Source of the DNA: Acutalibacteraceae bacterium
GTDB taxonomy: Bacteria > Bacillota > Clostridia > Oscillospirales > Acutalibacteraceae
DNA: 26,621 bases
Assembly: GCA_045597885.1 (NCBI GenBank)
Contig: JAZLKY010000275.1
Span: 1 to 26,621, forward strand
Reading direction: 5' to 3'
The number at the start of each line of letters is the position of its first letter. Position 1 is the stretch's first letter. The translations under genes and the position numbers were made by a program. The notes beneath the pieces were generated by a model. It made no database searches, was not told the DNA's origin, and worked only from the letters and a program-made list of their open reading frames with translations. Below, piece by piece: positions 14,625 to 24,093 of the stretch.

Positions 14625-16460
14625 ATGATGAAAGAGCTTGATCCTCGTTTTTTCCATCCCGCCGGATGGATGAGAAAACAACTGGAAATACAGGCAGACG
14701 GGTTGTCGGGACATCTTGACAAGATGTGGCAGGATATCCGGGACAGTGCCTGGATCGGCGGTAATTGTGAAGGGTGGGAGCGGGTACCGTATTGGCTTGA
14801 CGGCTTTATCCCATTGGCATGGTTGCTCGACGATACAGATAAAAAGGGGCGTGCCAAGCGGTATGTGGATGCCATCCTGCAACGGCAAAAGCCGGACGGC
14901 TGGATATGCCCCTGCACCGATGAAGAGCGGGCGGGATATGATGTGTGGGCGGCATTTCTCATCTGCAAAGTGCTGACACTGTATCATCAGTTCACCGCAG
15001 ATGAAGCGGCGCTTAAAGGCGCAAAGCGGGCGCTCCTGTGTTTGCTCCGCATGATGGAAGACGGAGAGATCCGTCTGCGTGACTGGGGAAAATTCCGGTG
15101 GTTCGAATGTTTGATCCCGTTGCAGTATCTCTATGACCGTCAGCCGGAAGACTGGATCCTCCGACTGGCGCATCTGTTGCGGGAGCAGGGAGCGGATTAC
15201 GGTGACTATACCGAGGAATGGAAACACCGTGCCACCGGATGGACCTATCAAAACCATATCGTCAACCTGTGCATGATGTTCAAGGCAGATGCCCTTTATC
15301 GCCATTTGACCGGGGAGGATATTCCCGACCGTGCCGCCGATTTTTGGCACATCCTCGAAGAATACAACGGTACGGCGGTGGGGACATTCACCGGAGATGA
15401 ATGCCTGGCGGGAATCGGTGCGGATCACGGGACGGAACTCTGCTCGGTGGTCGAGCTGATGTATACCTGTGAATGGATGCTGATGCTCACCGGTGATCCG
15501 GTCTGGGGCGACCGGTTGGAGAAGGCGGCATTCAACGCCTTCCCTGCCACCGTCAGCGAGAATATGTGGACACACCAGTACGATCAGCAGGTCAATCAGA
15601 TCGCCTGTCAACGGTTGGGCGAAAAGGTGGTCTTCACGACCAACGGACCGGAATCGCATTTGTTCGGATTGGAACCGCATTACGGCTGTTGTACTGCTAA
15701 TTTTAATCAGGGATTCCCGAAACTGGCGATGCATTCTTTCCTTCGTTCGTCGGACGGACTCGTCAGTGCTGTGCTGATCCCCGGCGCAGTGAAGGCGGAT
15801 ATTGACGGTACGGCGGTGACGGTGGAGCTGAAGACCGAATACCCGTTCCGCAACACCCTGCAGTATACGGTCACGGCAGAACAGCCGGTCATGTTTGATC
15901 TGTCGGTGCGGGTCCCCGGCTGGGCAGAGGGTGTGACGGTCGACGGTGTGACAACTGACGCGTGCGGCTTTTTGCATTTGCGGCGGGAATGGAGAGGTAC
16001 TGCCACTGTGACGGTGGAACTAAGTGCCACGCCGCATCTGCAGCCCCGTCCCAATGCGATGGCAGTAGCGGAATACGGTGCGCTGGTATTCTCTCTGCCC
16101 CTGACGGTGTCATGGAACAAGCTGGAATATGAGCGGGATGGCGTAGAACGTAAATTCCCGTATTGCGATTATGAACTGACCACGGATGACGAGTGGCGGT
16201 ACGGCTTTGCGGACGGGAAGCTGACGGTGCGGGAACTGCCTGTTGACAAATCTGTTGCGCCGTTTTCCGATACACAGCCCCGTCTGGTATTGGAAATGGC
16301 ACTGAACCGGGTGGCATGGAACGAGAACCCCGACTGCCCGACTGTGGCGTCGGCTCTGCCGGTTTCTGCCGAACCGATCGGTGAGCCGGAGCAAAAAGTG
16401 CTGTTCCCCTACGGTTGCGCCAAGCTACGGATGACCGAAATGCCGATCAAATACAAATAA
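14625..16460 (+). CDS. GH127/GH146-type (DUF1680) glycoside hydrolase, beta-L-arabinofuranosidase-like
   Basis: Start moved to MMKELD after RBS GGAGGG. Motifs GWERVPYWLDG, ELCSVVE, RLEKAAFNA, YGCCTANFNQGFPKL and TEYPF. Confidence 0.85.
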   Translation: MMKELDPRFFHPAGWMRKQLEIQADGLSGHLDKMWQDIRDSAWIGGNCEGWERVPYWLDGFIPLAWLLDDTDKKGRAKRYVDAILQRQKPDGWICPCTDEERAGYDVWAAFLICKVLTLYHQFTADEAALKGAKRALLCLLRMMEDGEIRLRDWGKFRWFECLIPLQYLYDRQPEDWILRLAHLLREQGADYGDYTEEWKHRATGWTYQNHIVNLCMMFKADALYRHLTGEDIPDRAADFWHILEEYNGTAVGTFTGDECLAGIGADHGTELCSVVELMYTCEWMLMLTGDPVWGDRLEKAAFNAFPATVSENMWTHQYDQQVNQIACQRLGEKVVFTTNGPESHLFGLEPHYGCCTANFNQGFPKLAMHSFLRSSDGLVSAVLIPGAVKADIDGTAVTVELKTEYPFRNTLQYTVTAEQPVMFDLSVRVPGWAEGVTVDGVTTDACGFLHLRREWRGTATVTVELSATPHLQPRPNAMAVAEYGALVFSLPLTVSWNKLEYERDGVERKFPYCDYELTTDDEWRYGFADGKLTVRELPVDKSVAPFSDTQPRLVLEMALNRVAWNENPDCPTVASALPVSAEPIGEPEQKVLFPYGCAKLRMTEMPIKYK

Positions 16461-16472
16461 GGGGGAAAACCG

Positions 16473-17453
16473 ATGCGACAAGAACTGTTACAACGCATCT
16501 ATGAGCGTGTCCGAACCCCGTATAAATACGGTGCGGTACTGAAACTGTCCGACCGGCTGACGGATTCTCCTGTTGTCTTCCGGCATGACAGCCGGTATTA
16601 TATGAGTTATGTTTCCATTGACCGAAACTGTACCGGGGGATATACCACCCATTTGGCGGTGAGTAATGACCTCTTTCATTGGGAGTCGCTGTTCCCTGTT
16701 CTGACTGCTCCTTCGGCGTGGGATGCGAGCCAGTGCGGGGGATATGCCCAGTTTGTTGATAATGCATTCGGGGGGACGAATGCGATTACTTCGGTCAACG
16801 GACGGTATTACTTTGCCTATATCGGCGGTAATCTTTCCGGATACGAGACCGATCCACTGTCGATGGGGCTTGCCTATACACCCGATCTGCTTGTTCCCGA
16901 TGCGTACCGCAAATTCCCCCGTCCCATCCTCACGGGGCAGGATGCCGATGCCCGGCAGGGGGAAACGCTGACGGTCTATAAGGCGGATATGTTCCGGGAT
17001 GAGGCACAGATGCTGGGACACCCCTATGTCTGTGCCTACAATGCCAAGGACAGCACCCATCGAGAGAGCATCTTTTTGGCAGTGTCCGATGACGGGGAAC
17101 ACTGGGAGCGGTATGGTGACCGGGCGGTCATTGCCGTCACCGATTGTCCCGACACCGTTCATATCAACGGCGATCCGCAGATCGTGCGGATGGACGGAAC
17201 ATATGTGATGTTCTATTTTGTGATGGACGGGTCGGTGGCGTACAATACCTTTGCCGTGTCGGACGACCTTATCCACTGGACGAAGTGGACGGGAGAACCG
17301 CTCATGACGGCACAGTATCCGTGGGAGAATGTATTTGCCCACAAGCAGTGGATATTGGAAGAGGACGGGACTGTATACCATTTCTACTGTGCGGTCAACG
17401 AACAGAACGAACGGTTCATAGCGTTGGCAACATCACGGGAAATAAAAAAGTGA
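16473..17453 (+). CDS. Five-bladed beta-propeller glycoside hydrolase (GH43/GH32/GH130-like; family unresolved)
   Basis: Blade motifs DSPVVFRHDSRYYMSY, LAVSNDLFHWE, LAVSDDGEHWER, GDPQIVRMDGTYVMFY and AVSDDLIHWTKW. Starts 12 nt after the GH127 stop. Confidence 0.75.
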   Translation: MRQELLQRIYERVRTPYKYGAVLKLSDRLTDSPVVFRHDSRYYMSYVSIDRNCTGGYTTHLAVSNDLFHWESLFPVLTAPSAWDASQCGGYAQFVDNAFGGTNAITSVNGRYYFAYIGGNLSGYETDPLSMGLAYTPDLLVPDAYRKFPRPILTGQDADARQGETLTVYKADMFRDEAQMLGHPYVCAYNAKDSTHRESIFLAVSDDGEHWERYGDRAVIAVTDCPDTVHINGDPQIVRMDGTYVMFYFVMDGSVAYNTFAVSDDLIHWTKWTGEPLMTAQYPWENVFAHKQWILEEDGTVYHFYCAVNEQNERFIALATSREIKK

Positions 17454-17477
17454 CTACAAAAGCGAAAGGATGACAAG

Positions 17478-18368
17478 ATGAAAACGGGCAACGGGAAAAC
17501 AGCAGTGATCACCGGGGCGACCGGCGGACTGGGGCAGATCCTCTGCCGCCGATTGGCGGAACAGGGTTATGCCTTGATCCTTATGGACCGTAATCCGCAG
17601 AAGGCGGCAATGCTGGACGTGAAACTCAAGAAAGAATTCCCTGACCTGTCTCTTCGGCATGAGATCGTCGATCTGGAATGTCTTGACAGCGTTCGGGCAG
17701 TGTGTGACAGATTAGAAGCCATGCCGATCGACGTGCTCATCCATAATGCGGGGGCATATGCCATTCCCCGACACGCCTGTGATACCGGATACGACACGGT
17801 GTTTCAGATCAATTTTGTCTCCCCCTATTATATTACCCGACGGTTGCTGCCATTGCTTCGACAGCGCAGCGGTCATGTCGTGGCGGTGGGGAGCATCGCT
17901 CACCGTTACAGCAGGACCGATCCGAACGACATTGATTTTTCCGGTCGTCCGGCGGCGGCGAAAGCATACGGCAACGCTAAACGGTATCTGATGTTTTCAC
18001 TGTATGAACTGTTCCGGGAAGAGACGGCGGTCACTCTGTCGGTGGTGCACCCCGGTGTGACATTCACCAACATCACTGCACATTATCCGCCTTGGTTGTT
18101 CGCCATCATCAAATATCCCATGAAGGTGATCTTCCCGCCGCCAAAACGGGCGGTAAACAGTCTGGTTCGTGGGGTGGCTGAACCCTGCGGCTACGGTGAA
18201 TGGATCGGACCGTGGCTGTTCGATGTATGGGGAGCACCGAAAAAAAGCCGCCTGCATGGGGTGACGGCTGAAGAAAGACAGCGTATCGGGGAAACGGCAA
18301 GAGCAATATGGGAGCATATCCGCCCCGCAGGAGAAGCCGCCGATCCTTCGGTCAACGGTCATCTTTAA
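17478..18368 (+). CDS. SDR-family NAD(P)-dependent oxidoreductase
   Basis: TGATGGLG Rossmann motif, HNAG, and YGNAK (YxxxK). Confidence 0.9.
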   Translation: MKTGNGKTAVITGATGGLGQILCRRLAEQGYALILMDRNPQKAAMLDVKLKKEFPDLSLRHEIVDLECLDSVRAVCDRLEAMPIDVLIHNAGAYAIPRHACDTGYDTVFQINFVSPYYITRRLLPLLRQRSGHVVAVGSIAHRYSRTDPNDIDFSGRPAAAKAYGNAKRYLMFSLYELFREETAVTLSVVHPGVTFTNITAHYPPWLFAIIKYPMKVIFPPPKRAVNSLVRGVAEPCGYGEWIGPWLFDVWGAPKKSRLHGVTAEERQRIGETARAIWEHIRPAGEAADPSVNGHL

Positions 18369-18426
18369 ACAAATAACGAATGCTTCGACGGGAAAGACCG
18401 TCATAAAGATTTTGACAGAATAATAG

Positions 18427-18466
18427 ACGGGGCTGTTAAAAAACTTTCGTTTTTTAACAGCCCCGT
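18427..18466. terminator. Perfect 18-bp hairpin between convergent SDR and valS, probable bidirectional terminator
   Basis: acggggctgttaaaaaac, loop tttc, gttttttaacagccccgt. Confidence 0.8.
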
Positions 18467-18471
18467 AGGTT

Positions 18472-21183
18472 TTATTGCATCTGTTTCATGGATTGTTCAA
18501 GCAGTGCCAGTTTTTCCTGTAATGTGGCGGCTTGCTCCCGTGCGCCGTTGACCACGGCGGCGGGTGCTTTGTCGGTGAAGGCGGGGTTGTTCAGCCGGGC
18601 GAGGACACCGTCCAGTTGCTTTTGCACGTTGGTTTTTTCTTTGTTAAGCCGGGCAAGCTCCGCCGCTTTGTCCACCAGCTCATCGAGCGGGATCTTGACG
18701 GTGGCGGCGGCGGTGACGATGTTCACCGTGCCGTCGATGGCAAACTGTTCTCCGATCTGCACCTCTGCCGCAGATGCCAGCCGTTGTAAGAACGGGATGC
18801 CGGCGGTAAAGGTGTCTGCGAAGGCGGTCTCGATATACAGATCTGCCTTCTTGGATGGGGGAACATTCATCTCCGCACGGCGGTTGCGGATGGCACGGAT
18901 CGCCTCCATGATGCGCTCCATCTCTTTTTCTTCTTCGGGGAAGGCGTGATCAGCGCAGTAGGTCGGCCAATCGGATGCCATGAGCGCTTCGCCTTCGTGC
19001 GGCAGGGACTGCCAGATCTCCTCGGTGATGAAGGGCATGAACGGGTGGAGCAGTTTGAGCATCCCGGTCATGATATAGACGAGCATCTGCCGTGCATCGG
19101 ATGCACCGTCTCCCTGCAGGCGGGATTTGCACAGTTCGATATACCAGTCGCAGAAGTTGTCCCAAATGAAGTCATACAGTTTTTGTACCGCAACACCCAA
19201 CTCAAACTTTTCGAGGTTGTCGGTGACCGCCTGCACCAGATCATTGTACCGGGAGAGGATCCATTTGTCCTCCAGTGTCAGCGTATCCGGCAGTGCTGTC
19301 TTGACATCCTCGTCCCCGATGTTCATCAGGATGAACCGGGCGGCGTTCCACAGCTTGTTGGCAAAGTTGCGGCTTGCTTCCACCTTGTCGGTCATGTACC
19401 GCATGTCGTTGCCGGGGCTGTTGCCGGTAGCGAGCATAAAGCGCAGGGCATCCGCACCGTACTTGTCGATCTCCTCCAACGGGTCGACACCGTTGCCGAG
19501 TGATTTTGACATTTTCCGTCCCTGCGAATCCCGCACCAAGCCATGGATGAGCACCGTGCGGAACGGTACCTTTCCGGTATATGCCAAGCCGGAGAAGATC
19601 ATCCGGCTTACCCAGAAGCCGATGATATCGTACCCGGTGACCAGTGTGTCGGTGGGGTAGAAATAATCCAGTTCTTCGGTCTGATCGGGCCAGCCGAGTG
19701 TAGAGAAGGGCCACAGTGCCGAGGAGAACCAGGTGTCCAGCGTGTCGGGATCCTGTGTGAAGTGGGTGCCGCCGCACTGCGGGCAGACGGCGGGAGTATC
19801 TGCCGCCACCACGGTCTCGCCGCAGGCATCACAATAGTATGCGGGGATCTGATGTCCCCACCACAACTGACGGGAAATGCACCAGTCACGGGTGGCACGC
19901 ATCCAGTTGAGATAGTTTTTGGTGAACCGTTCCGGGACGAAGGTGATCTCGCCCTTTTCCACCGCTTCGATGGCGGGTTTTGCAAGCGGTTCCATCCGTA
20001 CGAACCACTGCTTTGATACCATCGGTTCGATGGTGGAATGACAACGGTAGCAGGTGCCGACATCGTGCTTGAGCGGTTCGACCTCTTTGAGATAGCCGCC
20101 CGCCTCCAGATCGGCAAGAATGGCTTTGCGGGCTTCCATGGTAGTCATGCCGGCATATTTGCCACAGTCCAATACGGTGGGTTCGTCCACTGCTGCTCTG
20201 CCGGAGGCGATCAGTTCATCAGCCGCCGCCTTGTCTGCCGCACCGGTCATATGCCCGTCATAGGTGAACACCCGGACGATGGGCAGGCTGTGCCGCTTGC
20301 CGACCTCAAAGTCGTTGGGATCGTGGGCGGGAGTGATCTTCACCACGCCGGTCCCCTTGGTCATGTCGGCGTGTTCGTCGCAGACGATGGGGATCTCTTT
20401 GTCGAGCAAGGGCAGGGTCACATGACAGCCGTGCAGATGGGCATACCGCTCATCCTCGGCATTGATCGCCACGGCGGTATCACCGAGCATGGTTTCGGGA
20501 CGGGTGGTGGCGAGTTCCAGTTGTTCGCCGGTCTCCTTGACCGTGTACAGCAGATGCCAGAAATGCCCGTCTTTTTCTTCATATTCCACCTCGGCATCCG
20601 AAATGGAGGTGTTGCAGGTGGGACACCAGTTGACCATCCGGTTGCCACGGTAGATGAGATCCTGCTCATACAGGCGGATGAACACCTCTTTGACCGCTTT
20701 GGAACAGCCCTCGTCCATGGTGAACCGTTCCCGCTCCCAGTCACAGCTGGAGCCGATGGTCTTGAGCTGGCTGACGATACGCTTGCCGTATTTATCACGC
20801 CATGCCCATGCCCGCTCCAGGAAGCCGTCCCTGCCGAGCATCTCTTTGGTCAGTCCCTCCTGCCGCATGGCTTCCACCACCTTTGCCTCGGTGGCGATGG
20901 AAGCATGGTCGGTACCGGGCATCCACAGTGTTTCGTATCCCTGCATCCGCCGCCAACGGATGAGAATATCCTGCAGGGTGTTATCCAGTGCGTGCCCCAT
21001 GTGCAGTTGCCCCGTGATGTTGGGGGGCGGCATCATGACGGTATAGGGCTTTTTCTCTGCACCGGTGCTGTCCTTTGCGTGGGGGACAGCATGGAACCAA
21101 CCCCCGTCGAGCCAGAACTGATAGGTGCGGCTTTCCACCTCACGGGGATCATATGTCTTTGCTAATTCTTTGCGTTGTGCCAT
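18472..21183 (-). CDS. valS: Valine--tRNA ligase
   Basis: PPPNITGQLHMGHAL (HIGH), WCISRQLWWGH, KMSKS, C-terminal coiled coil. Start set at MAQRKELAKTYDP. Confidence 0.98.
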   Translation of the reverse strand: MAQRKELAKTYDPREVESRTYQFWLDGGWFHAVPHAKDSTGAEKKPYTVMMPPPNITGQLHMGHALDNTLQDILIRWRRMQGYETLWMPGTDHASIATEAKVVEAMRQEGLTKEMLGRDGFLERAWAWRDKYGKRIVSQLKTIGSSCDWERERFTMDEGCSKAVKEVFIRLYEQDLIYRGNRMVNWCPTCNTSISDAEVEYEEKDGHFWHLLYTVKETGEQLELATTRPETMLGDTAVAINAEDERYAHLHGCHVTLPLLDKEIPIVCDEHADMTKGTGVVKITPAHDPNDFEVGKRHSLPIVRVFTYDGHMTGAADKAAADELIASGRAAVDEPTVLDCGKYAGMTTMEARKAILADLEAGGYLKEVEPLKHDVGTCYRCHSTIEPMVSKQWFVRMEPLAKPAIEAVEKGEITFVPERFTKNYLNWMRATRDWCISRQLWWGHQIPAYYCDACGETVVAADTPAVCPQCGGTHFTQDPDTLDTWFSSALWPFSTLGWPDQTEELDYFYPTDTLVTGYDIIGFWVSRMIFSGLAYTGKVPFRTVLIHGLVRDSQGRKMSKSLGNGVDPLEEIDKYGADALRFMLATGNSPGNDMRYMTDKVEASRNFANKLWNAARFILMNIGDEDVKTALPDTLTLEDKWILSRYNDLVQAVTDNLEKFELGVAVQKLYDFIWDNFCDWYIELCKSRLQGDGASDARQMLVYIMTGMLKLLHPFMPFITEEIWQSLPHEGEALMASDWPTYCADHAFPEEEKEMERIMEAIRAIRNRRAEMNVPPSKKADLYIETAFADTFTAGIPFLQRLASAAEVQIGEQFAIDGTVNIVTAAATVKIPLDELVDKAAELARLNKEKTNVQKQLDGVLARLNNPAFTDKAPAAVVNGAREQAATLQEKLALLEQSMKQMQ

Positions 21184-21199
21184 ATCATTCTCATTCCTT

Positions 21200-23152
21200 T
21201 CAGTGGATCGGGCTGCCGGGGGCGATGCCGTCTGCAAACAGCACCCGGACATTTTCACCGCCGTCTTCTTTTGCTTCGCTTGCCGCCAGTATCATGCCCC
21301 GGCTTTCTACGCCGCACAGGGTGGCGGGTTTGAGGTTGGCGACCAATACTACACTGTGACCGATGAGCTGTTCCGGTGTATACCACGGAGCGATGCCGGA
21401 ACAGACCGTGCGGGGGGTGGGAGTGCCGTCATCCAGCGTGAGTCTGAGCAGTTTTTTTGCTTTTTTGATCGGTTCGCAGGCGGTGATCTCCGCCACCCGC
21501 AGATCGACCTTGGCAAAATCATCAATACCGATCTCCGACAGAAATGCGATGCCCTCGGCTTTTTGTTTCTCTTCCTCGGCTGCCTGCTGTTCGGCGGGGG
21601 TCTCCGCCAGTACCTTCTCGGTGTCGAGTCGGGCAAACAGGGGGGTGGGAGTGCCGACAGCGTATTCCCTGACCGTCCCGTGTGTCAGCGCATCCGCTCC
21701 CGTGACGGTGTCATCCACCTGCAACTGGGCGTGGATCGCCTTGCTGGTGGACGGCATGAACGGGGAGAGCAGAGTACCCAAAATGCGGATGCATTCGAGC
21801 AGGTTGTACAGCACCGCTTCCAAGCGGTCACGGTCATCCTCGTTCTTTGCCAGTGTCCACGGGGCGGTCTCATCAATATATTTATTGCACCGCTTGGCAA
21901 GCGCCATGACCGTCTCGGCGGCATCGGCATTGTGCCAGCTTTCCATCTGTTCGGTGTATTGCCGGACGGTGTCGGCACAGACCGTCAGCAGATCGCCGTC
22001 TGCCTCGGCAACGGCGGCAGGCTTGCGTACCGTGCCGCCGAAATACTTGTTGGTCATGGCGATACTGCGGTTGACGAGATTGCCGAGTGTATTGGCAAGA
22101 TCGGTGTTGTAGCAGTTGATCACATTTTCATAGGTGATAGTGCCGTCCTGGGCGAAGGGGATCTGGGAGAGCAGATAGTACCGCACTGCATCCACACCGA
22201 ACCGCTTGACAAGATTGTCCGCATAGATGACATTGCCCTTTGATTTACTCATCTTGTCCTCGCCGGACAACAGCCACGGGTGACCGAGCACCTGCTTGGG
22301 AAGCGGCTCGCCCAGCGCCATCAGAATGATCGGCCAGTAGATCGTATGGAATCGGACGATATCCTTGCCGATGACATGAAGATCGGCAGGCCAGTATTTT
22401 TTGTACTGATCCGACGGGCTGTCGGTATCAAAACCGATGCCGTTGATATAGTTCGTCAACGCATCCAGCCACACATACACCACGTGCTTGTCGTCAAAGT
22501 CCACCGGAATGCCCCAGGTGAACGAAGAACGGGATACACACAGGTCCTGCAGACCGGGCTTGAGGAAGTTGTTGATCATCTCATTGCGCCGGGATGCGGG
22601 GGCAAAGAAGTCCGGGTGATCCTCGTAGTATTTGAGCAGGCGATCCTGATATTTACCCAGTTTAAGGAAGTATGCTTCTTCGCTGGCATCGACGCACTCC
22701 CGTCCGCAGTCGGGGCATTTGCCGTCCTGCAGCTGGGAAGGCGTGAAGAACGACTCACACGGGACACAGTATTTTCCTTCATAACTGCCCTTGTAGATGT
22801 CGCCCTGTTCGTACAGCTTGCGGAAGATCTTTTGCACCGAGGCGACATGATCGGCATCGGTGGTGCGGATGAACCGGTCGTAGGTCACATCCATGCAGTC
22901 CCATACCGCTTTGATCTGTTCGGAGATGCGGTCAACATACTCCTGCGGGGGGATGCCCTCCTCTTTGGCGGTCTGTTCGATCTTCAGCCCGTGCTCATCT
23001 GAACCTGTGAGAAAGTATACATCATAGCCGGTGAGCCGCTTGTACCGGGCGATCATATCCGCCAATACGATATCGTAGGTATTGCCGATATGGGGCTTAC
23101 GGCTGGTATAGGCGATGGCAGTGGTGAGATAAAATTTCGGTTTTTCCGACAT
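21200..23152 (-). CDS. metG: Methionine--tRNA ligase with C-terminal tRNA-binding domain
   Basis: FYLTTAIAY..PHIGN, YVWLDALTNY, KMSKS, and a C-terminal IDDFAKVDLRVAEI...ESRGMILAA domain. RBS AGGAGG. Confidence 0.98.
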   Translation of the reverse strand: MSEKPKFYLTTAIAYTSRKPHIGNTYDIVLADMIARYKRLTGYDVYFLTGSDEHGLKIEQTAKEEGIPPQEYVDRISEQIKAVWDCMDVTYDRFIRTTDADHVASVQKIFRKLYEQGDIYKGSYEGKYCVPCESFFTPSQLQDGKCPDCGRECVDASEEAYFLKLGKYQDRLLKYYEDHPDFFAPASRRNEMINNFLKPGLQDLCVSRSSFTWGIPVDFDDKHVVYVWLDALTNYINGIGFDTDSPSDQYKKYWPADLHVIGKDIVRFHTIYWPIILMALGEPLPKQVLGHPWLLSGEDKMSKSKGNVIYADNLVKRFGVDAVRYYLLSQIPFAQDGTITYENVINCYNTDLANTLGNLVNRSIAMTNKYFGGTVRKPAAVAEADGDLLTVCADTVRQYTEQMESWHNADAAETVMALAKRCNKYIDETAPWTLAKNEDDRDRLEAVLYNLLECIRILGTLLSPFMPSTSKAIHAQLQVDDTVTGADALTHGTVREYAVGTPTPLFARLDTEKVLAETPAEQQAAEEEKQKAEGIAFLSEIGIDDFAKVDLRVAEITACEPIKKAKKLLRLTLDDGTPTPRTVCSGIAPWYTPEQLIGHSVVLVANLKPATLCGVESRGMILAASEAKEDGGENVRVLFADGIAPGSPIH

Positions 23153-23196
23153 GGTGTTCCTTGCCTCCTAATGATAATTCTGCATTCTATCCTTTC

Positions 23197-23224
23197 ATTT
23201 TACCATGAAATGGGGAAATTACAA
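23197..23224 (-). promoter_or_regulatory. SigA-type promoter for metG-valS
   Basis: Reverse complement gives TTGTAA (23219-24), 16 nt, TGgTAAAAT (extended -10 at 23197-202). Confidence 0.55.
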
Positions 23225-23331
23225 TAGAAAAAAGAAAAAATACCCAATAAAGATGAAAAAAGATGAAAAATCATGAAAGGGATCTTTCCCTTCCGTCGCA
23301 GATTTTTACGCTTTCGGTTGATAAAAAACAT

Positions 23332-23360
23332 TTGTTTTCCGGGCGGGAAGGTGATACAAT
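23332..23360 (+). promoter_or_regulatory. SigA-type promoter for recX
   Basis: TTGTTT, 17 nt, TGaTACAAT (extended -10). Confidence 0.5.
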
Positions 23361-23382
23361 GAGAAAAAAGGAGGTGGTGGCG

Positions 23383-24024
23383 GTGCTGATCACAGATGTG
23401 ATAGCCGCTCCCCGGCGGCTGTATCGGTTGGTGTTGGACGGTGCAGATGGGATGACGGTGGACAGAAGCACCTTTGATGAATCCGGCTACCGTATCGGGA
23501 GTGACCTGACGGAGGAACAGTTGGAGCGCTTGCTGACCGATTCCGCCACCCGACGGGCAAAGGAAAAAGCATTGTTTTTGCTGGGACGGCGGGATTACGC
23601 ACGGGCAGAATTGCAGAAGAAACTGGAACAGGAAGCCCCGCCGGCGGTCGCCGCCGGTGTGGCGGAACGGCTGACAGAATTGGGATTGTTGGATGATGCC
23701 GCTTATGCCCGCCGGTTGGCACGGCATTTAAGCGAATACAAGGGATATCCCCGGCGGCGGGTGGAACAGGAATTGCTCCGGCGGGGGATCGAATGGGAAC
23801 TGGCGCACCGGGCGGCGGCAGAGCCGGAACAGGACGACACCCAACGGGCGGTCACTCTGATCCGTAAGAAATACGCCGGAAAGATCGGAGACCGGGATGC
23901 ACGGCAAAGGACGGCGGCGGCACTGGTGCGGCGGGGTTTTTCCTACGACACTGTGCGGCAGGCGTTGGAAGCGGTCGCCGATGCAGACGAAGACGAATAC
24001 GCCGGTGCGGACGGGGACGAATAA
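23383..24024 (+). CDS. recX: RecX-family regulatory protein
   Basis: RAKEKALFLLGRRDYARAEL, LLDDAAYA, RRRVEQELLRRGI and LVRRGFSYD. GTG start 8 nt after AGGAGG. Confidence 0.93.
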   Translation: MLITDVIAAPRRLYRLVLDGADGMTVDRSTFDESGYRIGSDLTEEQLERLLTDSATRRAKEKALFLLGRRDYARAELQKKLEQEAPPAVAAGVAERLTELGLLDDAAYARRLARHLSEYKGYPRRRVEQELLRRGIEWELAHRAAAEPEQDDTQRAVTLIRKKYAGKIGDRDARQRTAAALVRRGFSYDTVRQALEAVADADEDEYAGADGDE

Positions 24025-24029
24025 TTTTC

Positions 24030-24058
24030 TTGCAATTCTGTTGCGGAACAGGTATAAT
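24030..24058 (+). promoter_or_regulatory. SigA-type promoter for rimO-pgsA
   Basis: TTGCAA, 17 nt, TATAAT. Confidence 0.7.
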
Positions 24059-24093
24059 AGGTGGGAGAAAACAGGCGAAGAGAGGAAAAACCC

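Noticed and set aside
14583-17381. Long antisense ORFs (14583..15977, 16488..17381)
   Set aside because: They are shadows of the GH genes, typical of GC-rich coding DNA, with no motifs.
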